Shown: in pieces, positions 19,350-28,217 of the stretch
Numbering within the stretch: position 1 is the first letter of the stretch
Layout of the letters: each line of letters starts with the position of its first letter
From: an uncultured Actinomycetes bacterium
Lineage (GTDB): Bacteria; Actinomycetota; Thermoleophilia; Gaiellales; Gaiellaceae
Assembly (NCBI GenBank): GCA_963717765.1
Contig: CAVQWX010000006.1
Coordinates: forward strand, 16,379 to 80,378
DNA length: 64,000 nucleotides
Reading direction: 5' to 3'
The notes under the pieces: model-generated
The model's database searches: none
The model's input: the letters and a program-made list of their open reading frames with translations, nothing else
What the model was told of the DNA's origin: nothing
Program-made: the position numbers and the translations under genes

Positions 19350-19411
19350 CGGGCTTTCGCCCACACGGACCTGAACCGTGCGCGTCTACCAATTCCGCCA
19401 CACCCGCGCGG
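19350..19411 (-). pseudogene. partial copy of tRNA-Leu (5' 58 nt plus 4 nt upstream)
   Basis: 62 nt match 19186..19247 with one mismatch, 164 nt from the intact gene. It lacks the T-arm and 3' acceptor strand. Confidence 0.85.
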
Positions 19412-21909
19412 AGATCCAGTCTAGCGCCGGTACCATTTCCCCCCTGAAAAGGGGTCTTGTTCTTCTCTGCGGACTGGCGGCGCTGGCGCTCGCTGGGCCT
19501 GTCGCCGCGGGCACGCCTCGCACCGAGGTCGTCGTCACGCTCGACGCACCGTCTCTCGCGCAGGCGACGTTTCAGAGCCGGGCGCTCACCATGTCGGCGC
19601 GGACACGCAAGCTCGACCTGCGCACCCCCACGAGCACGAGCTATCTGCGCAGCCTCGCCGCCGCGCAACGCACGCTCCAGAGCCGCATCGAGAGCGCCGT
19701 CCCGGACGCGACCGTCCGCTGGCGCTACAGCATCGTCCTGGACGCGCTGGCGGTGGATCTTCCCACGGCCGAGCTCGGCCGGCTCGCCAAGCTGCCGGGT
19801 GTCGCCACGGTCTGGCCCTCCGTCCGCTATCACGCCCTTGGGCAGTCGAGCGCGACGCTCAACCAGACTCCCGCCCTGATCGGCGCCACGGCGCTGTGGG
19901 GGCCGAACCTGGCCACGGCCGGCAACGGGATGAAGATCGGCATCGTCGATGACGGCGTCAACCAGACCCATCCGTTCTTCTCGCCGGCGGGATTCAGCAT
20001 GCCGCCGGGCTTCCCCAAGGGGAATGCGAACTTCACCACCAACAAGGTCATCGTCGCGCGCGCCTTCGCGCCCGCGTCGCCGAGCTACTCGAATGCGAAC
20101 CTGCCGTTCGATCCCAGCCAGTCCGAGCACGCGACTCACGTCGCCGGGATCGCGGCAGGTGACCACGGGACGATCGCGAGCGGCGGGCTGGAGGTCTCCG
20201 GCATCGCGCCGAAGGCTTATCTCGGCAACTACAAGGTGCTGACGATCCCGACCGTCTCGGGCGTCGGGCTGGACGGAAACAGTCCCGAGATCGCCAAGGG
20301 AATCGAGGCCGCAGTCGCCGACGGGATGGACGTGATCAACCTCTCGCTCGGCGAGCCCGAGGTCCAGCAGAGCCGGGACATCGTCGTCAAGGCGATCGAC
20401 GGCGCCGCTCAGGCGGGCGTCGTGCCTGCCATCGCCGCGGGCAACGACTTCGACTCCTTCGGGCGCGGCTCGGTCGGCTCGCCGGGCTCGGCGCCGCTCG
20501 CAATCACGTCCGCGGCCGCCAGGAAGTCGAAGGTGATCTCGAGCTTCTCCTCCGCCGGCCCCACGCCGATCTCGCTGCAGATGAAGCCGGACGTGACCGC
20601 ACCGGGAGACCTGGTTCTCTCCTCCGTTCCCGCCCGAGAAGGCCTGTGGGCCTCGTGGAGCGGGACGAGCATGGCGTCCCCGCACGTCGCGGGCGCGTCC
20701 GCGCTGCTCAAGCAGATCCACCCGGCCTGGACGGTCGCGCAGATCAAATCCGCGCTCGTGCTGACGGGGACTCCGGTTTACACCACCACGAGCCACACGT
20801 CCGAGACCACCTCGTTGCGGGAGGGCGGTGGCTTCATCACCCTCCCGAGCGCAAACGACCCGCTGATCTTCGCCTCCCCGACCGGGCTCTCGTTCGGGCT
20901 CATGCGCGGCGGAACGACCGCGACGCGCAGCATCTCGTTCACCGACGCCGGGGGCGGCGCCGGCCAGTGGGCTGTCCGGGTCGACCGGCGTCAGGGCCCG
21001 GGCGGGAGCATCACCGCCCCGTCCTCCCTCCAGGTGCCGGGAACGCTGCAGGTGACCGCAAAACCACCGGCCGGCCAGCAAGAGGACGTAACCGGGTTCA
21101 TCGTACTGACAAAGGGCACGGCCAGCCGCCGGCTCCCGTTTTGGTTCCACATCGAAGCGCCGCAGCTGCCCAGGCAGCCGCACGGGAAGCTGCAGAAGAC
21201 CGGCACGTACAAGGGCAACACCAAACGACGCCGCGCTCTCGTCGCCACCTACCGCTACCCCGACAATCCAACCGGCGTCGACATTCCGGCGAACCTCCCC
21301 GGGCCGGAGCAGGTCTTCACCGTCCGCCTGACGAAGCCGGTGGCCAATTTCGGCGTCGCGATCCTCAACCATCGTGCCGGCGTGGCGATCGAGCCGCGGG
21401 TCGTCGCGAACAACGACGAGAACCAGCTGACCGGCTATCCGGCGCTGCCGATCAATCTCAACCCCTACGTGACCAGCTTCTTCCGCTTGATTCCGGCGGC
21501 AGGCGCGATCCTCCCCGTCAGGGGACGCTACGACGTCGTCTTCGACTCCTCGAGCCGTTCGGACGCCGGAGGGTTCACCTTCCGCTTCTGGATCAACGAC
21601 GTGACGCGGCCGGCGGCGAAGCTCCTGAAGAAGTCGGTCGCCGTCAACGGCTCGCTGCTGCTGCGCGTTACCGACCGGGGCTCGGGGATCGACCCGGGTT
21701 CGCTCGGCACGGTGATCGACGGCGTGGGCGTGAGAGCGACGTACTCACGCACGAAGAACCGCGTGGCCATCCCGGTCGGCTCTCTTTCCCGCGGCACGCA
21801 CCGGCTGACGTTCCAGGTCTCCGACTATCAGGAGTCGCGGAACATGGAGAACGTCGGGCCGATCCTGCCCAACACGCGGATGATCAGTACCACCTTCCGC
21901 GTGCGTTAA
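19378..21909 (+). CDS. secreted S8 (subtilisin-like) serine peptidase with C-terminal Ig-like/beta-rich extensions
   Basis: Catalytic triad contexts VDDGVNQTHP, HATHVAGIAAG and SGTSMASPHVAGASALL. Signal-like LKRGLVLLCGLAALALAGPVAAG. The track's GTG start lies inside the tRNA-derived repeat, so the true start is uncertain (possibly near 19444). Confidence 0.85.
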   Translation: MRVYQFRHTRAEIQSSAGTISPLKRGLVLLCGLAALALAGPVAAGTPRTEVVVTLDAPSLAQATFQSRALTMSARTRKLDLRTPTSTSYLRSLAAAQRTLQSRIESAVPDATVRWRYSIVLDALAVDLPTAELGRLAKLPGVATVWPSVRYHALGQSSATLNQTPALIGATALWGPNLATAGNGMKIGIVDDGVNQTHPFFSPAGFSMPPGFPKGNANFTTNKVIVARAFAPASPSYSNANLPFDPSQSEHATHVAGIAAGDHGTIASGGLEVSGIAPKAYLGNYKVLTIPTVSGVGLDGNSPEIAKGIEAAVADGMDVINLSLGEPEVQQSRDIVVKAIDGAAQAGVVPAIAAGNDFDSFGRGSVGSPGSAPLAITSAAARKSKVISSFSSAGPTPISLQMKPDVTAPGDLVLSSVPAREGLWASWSGTSMASPHVAGASALLKQIHPAWTVAQIKSALVLTGTPVYTTTSHTSETTSLREGGGFITLPSANDPLIFASPTGLSFGLMRGGTTATRSISFTDAGGGAGQWAVRVDRRQGPGGSITAPSSLQVPGTLQVTAKPPAGQQEDVTGFIVLTKGTASRRLPFWFHIEAPQLPRQPHGKLQKTGTYKGNTKRRRALVATYRYPDNPTGVDIPANLPGPEQVFTVRLTKPVANFGVAILNHRAGVAIEPRVVANNDENQLTGYPALPINLNPYVTSFFRLIPAAGAILPVRGRYDVVFDSSSRSDAGGFTFRFWINDVTRPAAKLLKKSVAVNGSLLLRVTDRGSGIDPGSLGTVIDGVGVRATYSRTKNRVAIPVGSLSRGTHRLTFQVSDYQESRNMENVGPILPNTRMISTTFRVR

Positions 21910-22158
21910 CTAACGATTCTGCTCGCGCTCTTCGATCGTCGGTAGCTGCTCGAGGTCGCGCTCCACGCTGGCGGCGAACTCTTCGCTTTCCGACCGCGCT
22001 GTCTCGGACGACTGCACGATGTGCCAGGTGGCCTTCCGACGGTCGCGCTCGCGCCGTTTGCGCGCCCCGGATCCGAAGCGACCCTCTAGGCGCGGCCATT
22101 CGGCTCCGATAAGGATCAGCACCGCCGCGGCGAGCAGGGCAATGGACAGCCAGCTCAC
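21910..22158 (-). CDS. small hypothetical membrane-anchored protein
   Basis: N-terminal TM MSWLSIALLAAAVLILIGA followed by a charged tail. No recognisable family. Confidence 0.4.
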   Translation of the reverse strand: MSWLSIALLAAAVLILIGAEWPRLEGRFGSGARKRRERDRRKATWHIVQSSETARSESEEFAASVERDLEQLPTIEEREQNR

Positions 22159-22189
22159 GACGATCAGTCTACCGCTGTAGCATCAGCCC

Positions 22190-23464
22190 GTGGCGCCCAT
22201 CCGCCGCTTCGCGCTACTCGCTGCCGCGGCCGCCGTCGGATTGGCCTTCGGACCGGCCGCCGAAGCCGCCGTGCAGACGCTCGTCTTCAAGTCCGGGCCG
22301 GTCACGGTCACGCCGTACGACGCGATTACGCGCACGGCGCTGATCGAGTCGCCTGCGGTGGACGGGTACGTCACGGGAATCAAGGCCGACCTCGTCGACG
22401 GGAGCGGAAACGTCGTCCCGAACACGCAGGTGATGCTCCATCACGTCGTCTTCGCCAAGATCGGGGCGCCCGACTACACGTGCCCGGGCACGTACGCGCA
22501 ACGCTTCTTCGCCGAGGGGGAGGAGCACTACGCGATGAGCCTGCCGAACGGCTACGGCTACCCGAACAAAGGGTCCGACCACTGGGGGCTGCTGGCGATG
22601 CTGATGAACCACTTGCCCGGGACGCACACCGTGTGGGTGCGCTACACGGTGACGTACGCGACCGGTGAGCAGCTGTTGCCCGTGAAGCCGATCTGGCTGG
22701 ACATGAACAACTGTAAGGCCGACCCGATCTACGATGTCCCCGGCACCGGACCGGCCGGGTCGACCTACTCGCGGAACGTCGACCTGACGCTGCCCGAGAG
22801 CGGCCGCCTGCTCACCGCGGGCGGACACATGCACGGCGGTGGGATCAAGCTCGTCCTCTCCGACCAGACGTGCGGGCGCACGCTTTTCACCTCGCAGCCG
22901 AGCTGGAACGGGCCGATCCCACTTCCTCTCCTGCACGAGCCGGGGCCGACGAAGATGTCGAGCTTCCAGAGCCCGCTGGGGATCCCGGTGGCCGCGCGCG
23001 ACGACCTGCGACTGACCGCTGTCTACGACAACAGCCGGCCGCATACCCGGGTGATGGGGATCATGATCGCCTACCTCGCCCCCACGCTCGTCGCCGGATG
23101 CGAGCCCGTTCCCGGCCTCACGATCGACCTGGGCACGCCCGGGCCGCCGACGAACATCGCCGTGCCGCTGCTGCAGAAACCCTCAGGCCCGCTGCGGAAG
23201 AACATCAAGGGCACCTGGGTCGGCGACTACACCTACGGTGCGCAGCGGGTGAGCGTCAAACGCGGAACGAAGTTCACGTGGCGCTTCACGGGGAGGGTCC
23301 CGCACGACGTGACGCTCGTGAGCGGTCCGGTCGGGTTCTCCTCCCCCTGGACGACCAGCGGCGGCGCGTTCTCGCACACGTTCACGCGCCCCGGCACCTA
23401 CAAGCTCTTCTGCTCGCTCCATCCCGCCCGGATGACGGAGATCATCCAGGTGCGCAAGAAGTAA
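22190..23464 (+). CDS. secreted two-domain copper protein: PHM/DBH-like monooxygenase-like N-domain plus C-terminal cupredoxin
   Basis: Signal peptide ending AEA. The pattern HH(84-85), H(141/146), HxH(213/215), M(289/292) has PHM-like spacing. The C-terminus VPHDV...YKLFCSLHPARM gives type-1 copper ligands H372, C408, H411, M415 (my numbering). Confidence 0.55.
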   Translation: MAPIRRFALLAAAAAVGLAFGPAAEAAVQTLVFKSGPVTVTPYDAITRTALIESPAVDGYVTGIKADLVDGSGNVVPNTQVMLHHVVFAKIGAPDYTCPGTYAQRFFAEGEEHYAMSLPNGYGYPNKGSDHWGLLAMLMNHLPGTHTVWVRYTVTYATGEQLLPVKPIWLDMNNCKADPIYDVPGTGPAGSTYSRNVDLTLPESGRLLTAGGHMHGGGIKLVLSDQTCGRTLFTSQPSWNGPIPLPLLHEPGPTKMSSFQSPLGIPVAARDDLRLTAVYDNSRPHTRVMGIMIAYLAPTLVAGCEPVPGLTIDLGTPGPPTNIAVPLLQKPSGPLRKNIKGTWVGDYTYGAQRVSVKRGTKFTWRFTGRVPHDVTLVSGPVGFSSPWTTSGGAFSHTFTRPGTYKLFCSLHPARMTEIIQVRKK

Positions 23465-24478
23465 CTAGTGGTTCTTTTGGCAGGCGGGCGGCGCGCCCCA
23501 CGCTTTCAGCAGCGAGAGCGTGTTCGACTGCCGTTCGACCTTCGCATGGTCGTCCGGGTCGTAATTGCCAGGATCCTCGACCTGGGTCATCACGAGAGGC
23601 GTGACTCCCGGGCCCTCGGCGTACGCCCGGTAGGCCTTTCCAGGGCCGGGATCGACCTCGTGCGGGTTCGGATAGTTCGAGAAGGTCATCTGGGGGATCA
23701 TCGCGTGGCAGAGCATCCCGGACGGGTTGCGCGCGAGGATCGCCGTGACGCGCCACCACCCCGCGCCGAACAACGAATCCAGGCTCTCGATAGCGACGAT
23801 TCGCCCGTAACCATCGCCGGGGATGCCGCCCGGCTTGACTAGGTATCCGAACACGGGCGAGCCGCCGTACAAGAGGCGAGCGATCACGTCGTGCGGCGCC
23901 GAGGCACCACGTCCGACTTCGATCCACGACGCCCACATCTCGATCTGGGCCAGCGGCCCGGTCCAGTGCGACACGTGAAACGCCATGTCGTCCTGGTAGG
24001 GAAGCCAGGGCTGATAGCCGAACAGAGGCAACCAGTTCTCCCACGCCTGGACGGCCCAGTAGCTTCCGTCGGGCGCCTTGCAGGCCACGACGACGAAAGC
24101 GAGCGCGGCGCCGTCGTAAGGCTTGCACTTGTTCTTGAAACGGGCCCAGATCTTCCTGTCCTTGCCTCGTGGGCCCAGCGGCGTCGTGTTGAACTTGACC
24201 TGAGGCGTGGTCCGGCTCGGCGTAAGCGCGTTGACTGCTCCGGTGACGAGCAGGTGCCTCGTCGCACCTTTGATCTTGTAGGTCAGCAGCGTCTTCCCGC
24301 TTCCGTTCACAGCGAGCTTGACGGCGGTGGCGTCGCGGGCAAAGAACTGCGACGCCGATGCGGGGGCACTCCACATCGCTAGAAGTCCCACGGCGGCGAC
24401 CGCAGCCAAGGCCCAACCCGTAGGGCGGCCGACTCCATGACAGTCTTGTGAACCTTCAGACACGCGGGCGGCGTGCAT
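23465..24478 (-). CDS. secreted hypothetical protein
   Basis: Hydrophobic signal-like segment WALAAVAAVGLLAMWSAPASA. Trp- and Gly-rich, with no recognisable family. Confidence 0.5.
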   Translation of the reverse strand: MHAARVSEGSQDCHGVGRPTGWALAAVAAVGLLAMWSAPASASQFFARDATAVKLAVNGSGKTLLTYKIKGATRHLLVTGAVNALTPSRTTPQVKFNTTPLGPRGKDRKIWARFKNKCKPYDGAALAFVVVACKAPDGSYWAVQAWENWLPLFGYQPWLPYQDDMAFHVSHWTGPLAQIEMWASWIEVGRGASAPHDVIARLLYGGSPVFGYLVKPGGIPGDGYGRIVAIESLDSLFGAGWWRVTAILARNPSGMLCHAMIPQMTFSNYPNPHEVDPGPGKAYRAYAEGPGVTPLVMTQVEDPGNYDPDDHAKVERQSNTLSLLKAWGAPPACQKNH

Positions 24479-24528
24479 TAGCCTTTCCTGCCTAAGTATG
24501 GGCAGAAGGGTTCGCTTTCGTCAACGTC

Positions 24529-26151
24529 TCACCTGACGGAGACGAGGGCGCAGCTCCTCCCGCTCTGATTGCCGGCCCTGTCGCGTGCGCTCAGGCAGAA
24601 CCGGACGTGCTCGATCTTGCCGGGGGCCCGCCACGTGAAGCGGTACCGGCCGTTGCGAAACGTCTTCGGCCCGAAGTGCTCGAGCTCTTTCCCCCGGCGG
24701 TAGACGCCGCCGTCCACGGACGCGCTGCCGCTGTTGTCCGAAAGCTTGAAAAACAGAATCGCAACGGCCTTCCGCCGCACGTTCGTCGCCCGCGGGCGGA
24801 CGATTGGCCGCGTCTTGTCCACCGGTGGTGGTGGCGGCGGTGGCGGTGGAGGCGGCGGGTTCCCGCCGGACGTGGCGTTGAGGGCGGCGATGACGTCCAC
24901 CCTCGGAGCGACGCGGCCGTTGCGCGAGTCCGTGACCGGCTTCCCGGTCGATTTCAGCGTCGACTCGATCTGCGCCGGGGTGAGCGACGGATTCTTCTGC
25001 AGCAGGTCGGCGGCTGTCGCCGCGGCCGTGGGGGAAGCCTGCGACGTTCCGTAATAGGTCGAGGTCCCCGAGCCCCTACCGGTCGACGTGTAGGCGGCAC
25101 CGGGGGCGAGCAGGTCGAGCGCCGAGCTCGAGTTCGAGAAGCAGGCGACCTTGTCGGCGGCGGTCGAGGAGTTGCAGAAGACCGTGCTCGTCCCGAAGTT
25201 GCTGTCGTAGACGGCACCGACCGCGACGACCTCTTCGATACAGGCCGGCAACGCCATCTCTGTCGTGGCCTGCTGGTTGCCGCTGGAGGCAAAAAGCGTG
25301 ACGCCCTGCAGGCGCAGGGAGTGAACGATCGAGGTGAAGTTGGGATTCACGCCGTCGCAGGTGCCGGGGAAGAGCGCGTCGGTGCCCAGGCTCATGTTGA
25401 TCACCTTCACGCCGTACTCCGGGTGGTCGAGGATGAACTGGAGGCCCGTGATGACCTGCGCGGTGCTGTTGAAGGATCCATCCGCCGCCAGCACGCGCAC
25501 GGCCACAACCTTCGTCGACGGAGCGATGCCGACAGGCGCGATCGTCCCGTTGCCGGTGACGATGCCGGCGACGTTCGTCCCGTGCCCGTTGTCGTCCCGC
25601 GCGGCCCCGGCGCCGGTCTGCGTGTTCAGGCCGTTCGGACAGTTGCCTCCGCTTGTCGAGCAGTATTCGGTCACCAGCGAGTCGGCGAGGTCGGGATGGT
25701 TCTCCTGCATCCCGGAGTCCAGGATTCCGACCGTCACGCCTGTGCCCGTGTAACCGGTCGCGCGTGCCTGGTCGGCATGGACGAGGGCATCGGCCTGCAG
25801 GTCTTCGGCATGCCCTGCCATGTCGAGGTAGACGCGGCTGACGTCGGGCGAAGTCGCGAGTCGCCGCAGCCCTGTGGGGGTCACCCAGCCCGCCATGCCC
25901 AGCACCGCGTTCCAATGCGTAGTCGGACGGAACGCGCCGCCGGCCCTCGCCAGGACGCGCGTGCGGACGGTGCGCACGGTCGAACGGAGGCCCGCGAGCG
26001 CTCTCGGCTGTTGCGCCGCGAACGCCACCTGCACGAACGCCCTGCCATGACGCTCGACGGCGCGCTCCACGCTTGGCCCGATCACGCCGGGATGAGCCTG
26101 CGGCGAGCCGAGGAGCAGTGCTAGCGCCGTGACTGCCTTCATCGCGATCAC
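24529..26151 (-). CDS. secreted S8 serine peptidase with 12-Pro linker and C-terminal beta domain
   Basis: LDSGMQENHPDL, HGTNVAGIVTG and GTSQASPTAAATAADLL. The Pro12 run is encoded at 24823..24858. Confidence 0.85.
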   Translation of the reverse strand: MIAMKAVTALALLLGSPQAHPGVIGPSVERAVERHGRAFVQVAFAAQQPRALAGLRSTVRTVRTRVLARAGGAFRPTTHWNAVLGMAGWVTPTGLRRLATSPDVSRVYLDMAGHAEDLQADALVHADQARATGYTGTGVTVGILDSGMQENHPDLADSLVTEYCSTSGGNCPNGLNTQTGAGAARDDNGHGTNVAGIVTGNGTIAPVGIAPSTKVVAVRVLAADGSFNSTAQVITGLQFILDHPEYGVKVINMSLGTDALFPGTCDGVNPNFTSIVHSLRLQGVTLFASSGNQQATTEMALPACIEEVVAVGAVYDSNFGTSTVFCNSSTAADKVACFSNSSSALDLLAPGAAYTSTGRGSGTSTYYGTSQASPTAAATAADLLQKNPSLTPAQIESTLKSTGKPVTDSRNGRVAPRVDVIAALNATSGGNPPPPPPPPPPPPVDKTRPIVRPRATNVRRKAVAILFFKLSDNSGSASVDGGVYRRGKELEHFGPKTFRNGRYRFTWRAPGKIEHVRFCLSARDRAGNQSGRSCALVSVR

Positions 26152-26190
26152 GTCAGGTCACCTTGGCTTCGCGCAGACGTCCCATGAGTT

Positions 26191-27315
26191 TCAACGAAGT
26201 TCCGAGCCGTCGAAGATCTTCAGCGGCAAGCTCGAGAGCTGCTCGCCGGCGTCCTTCCCGATCCGCCAGGTCTCCTGCATGTACAGGCACGAGCCGTCCT
26301 CGGCGATGACGTGTGGATGCATCGAGAAGACCATGTTCTCGCGCAGGACGGTCTCGTTGCCCTCCCCCACGCGAGGATGCTCGATCATCGTCATCCCGAT
26401 CGAGTGGCCGGTGACGTGCCCGAGCCCGTAGCCCCGGTCCCGGAACGGCTTCGAGACGGCCATGTGGACGTCGTGCGCGGTCGAGCCGTCCTTCATGACG
26501 CGCCGCGCGATCTCGCCGTACTCCGCGTAGGCCTCCATCATCGCCGCGGTCACCGAGCTCGGCGCGCCGGCCATGATCGGGCGCGAGACCTCGGCCCAGT
26601 GGCCGCTCGGGCCGCCGATCTCGAGGGAGTAGAGCAGCAGGTCGTCGGGGGCGACGCGGCGCGTCTCGCTGGGGATGACGAACTCCGGACGGGCGCCGCC
26701 GGGCGGGCCGTCCGCCAGCACCATGTTCATCGCGTGCCGCCCGGTGCCGAGCTCGACGAAGCGTGCGGCCGCCGGCGCCATGATCTCGGCCTCGGTCTTC
26801 CCCGGCTCGTAGGCGCGCAGCACCTCCCAGAAGCCCTCCTCGTTGATGCTCACCGCCTCCCGGACGGACTCCATCTCCGCCGCGCTCTTGATCGCCCGGG
26901 TTCGGTCGAAGGCCTCGTCGAACGAGACGACCTCGAAGTCACCCTCGGCGAGCGCGCGGTAGTCGCGGACGTTCATGACGTAGTCGAGCCCGTAGACGCC
27001 GACGCGCGCGGTGCCCGCGCAGCGGTCGCGGAGCCACGCGCCGGGCGTGTCGACGAAGACCCTCTCGTCCACCCAAGCCGCATCGTGGAAGCCGACATAC
27101 CGCGCTTCGCTCGGGAAGACGATCGCCGGGTCACCGTCGAGGGGGACGAGCACGTACGCGTACCGGTGGACGATGTTGAACCCGGACATGTACGTGACCG
27201 CGCCGTCGAAGCCCGTGTACTCGCTGCCGGAGACGACGAGCGCGTCCACGCCGTCGCGCGCCATCTCCTCGCGGACGCGGCGATACCTGCCCTCGATCTC
27301 GGCGCTCATCTCCAC
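26191..27315 (-). CDS. M24-fold creatinase/prolidase-like protein (metal ligands appear degenerate)
   Basis: Pita-bread fold pattern (KSAAEMESVREA ... HVTGHSIGM ... MVFSMHP). The canonical D/D metal positions read LYSLEIGG..HWAEVSR. Confidence 0.7.
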   Translation of the reverse strand: MEMSAEIEGRYRRVREEMARDGVDALVVSGSEYTGFDGAVTYMSGFNIVHRYAYVLVPLDGDPAIVFPSEARYVGFHDAAWVDERVFVDTPGAWLRDRCAGTARVGVYGLDYVMNVRDYRALAEGDFEVVSFDEAFDRTRAIKSAAEMESVREAVSINEEGFWEVLRAYEPGKTEAEIMAPAAARFVELGTGRHAMNMVLADGPPGGARPEFVIPSETRRVAPDDLLLYSLEIGGPSGHWAEVSRPIMAGAPSSVTAAMMEAYAEYGEIARRVMKDGSTAHDVHMAVSKPFRDRGYGLGHVTGHSIGMTMIEHPRVGEGNETVLRENMVFSMHPHVIAEDGSCLYMQETWRIGKDAGEQLSSLPLKIFDGSELR

Positions 27316-28217
27316 GAGTCCTCCAATGCTTTCACGAGCGCCCAGATCGCGCGGTTGAGCGGGACGGGTACCCCTTGCTCGTCCCCGCGCTCGACGATCG
27401 CGCCGTTCAGGAAATCGATCTCCGTCTGGCGGTGCGCGAGGACGTCCTGGGTCATGGAGGCCTTATGGTCATGGGCGACGCGGGCGGCGTGGTCGACCAT
27501 GTCCTCGGGATCGTGGTCGAGCTCGATGCCGAGCGCGCCCGCCACGGCCTCGCACTCGTCGATCAGGCCGCTGATCAGGCGCCGCGTCGGCTCGAAGTCG
27601 CAGATCTCCCCGTGGGCCAGGCCGGTGAGCGCGCCCACCGGGTTCGTGGAGGCGTTGAAGATCGCCTTCGTCCACTGTGCGCCGCGCGCATCCGCGAGGG
27701 CCTGCGTCGTCATGCCGGAGCGGGTCAGTGCGTCCGCAAGCCGCTCGACCTGGTCCAGCGGCGCGGGGGTCGGCTCGAATGGCCCGATCCAGGTGTCGCC
27801 GGCCGTGTCCCAGCCGACGTGGCCGGGAGCGATCACGTGCCCGGCGGGGAAGGTCGTGCCGCGGATGACGCGGTGTACGTGCACGGCGACCAGCTCCTCG
27901 TTCCCAATCCCGTTCTGGACGGAGCACACGGCGCCCTGCTCGAACGCATGCGCAGTGGCTGCCAGTGCCGCGTCTGTGTGCATGCTCTTGACCGCGACGA
28001 TCCCGAAGTCACAAGGCGGGAGCTCGGCCGCGTCGCTCGTCGCCCGCAGCCGGCCGACGAGGTCGCCAACGCCGGAGAGCCGCAGCCCGCCCGCGTTGAT
28101 CGCGTCGACGTGCGCGGCGTCGAGGTCGTACGCCCACACCTCGACGTCGTCGAGCTGTGCCAGGTGCGCCGCGAACAAGCTTCCCACCGCACCGCATCCG
28201 ACTATCGCGACACGCAC
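27306..28217 (-). CDS. ketopantoate reductase (PanE/ApbA) family oxidoreductase
   Basis: MRVAIVGCGAVGSLFAAHLA Rossmann N-terminus, VKSMHT, and the C-terminal ApbA_C pattern (SMTQDVLAHRQTEIDFLNG). Confidence 0.8.
   Translation of the reverse strand: MRVAIVGCGAVGSLFAAHLAQLDDVEVWAYDLDAAHVDAINAGGLRLSGVGDLVGRLRATSDAAELPPCDFGIVAVKSMHTDAALAATAHAFEQGAVCSVQNGIGNEELVAVHVHRVIRGTTFPAGHVIAPGHVGWDTAGDTWIGPFEPTPAPLDQVERLADALTRSGMTTQALADARGAQWTKAIFNASTNPVGALTGLAHGEICDFEPTRRLISGLIDECEAVAGALGIELDHDPEDMVDHAARVAHDHKASMTQDVLAHRQTEIDFLNGAIVERGDEQGVPVPLNRAIWALVKALEDSWR

Noticed and set aside
19321-21372. 683-aa minus-strand ORF
   Set aside because: It is antisense to the S8 protease, whose catalytic D/H/S motifs are clear on the plus strand. 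The translation is Arg/Gly-rich low complexity.
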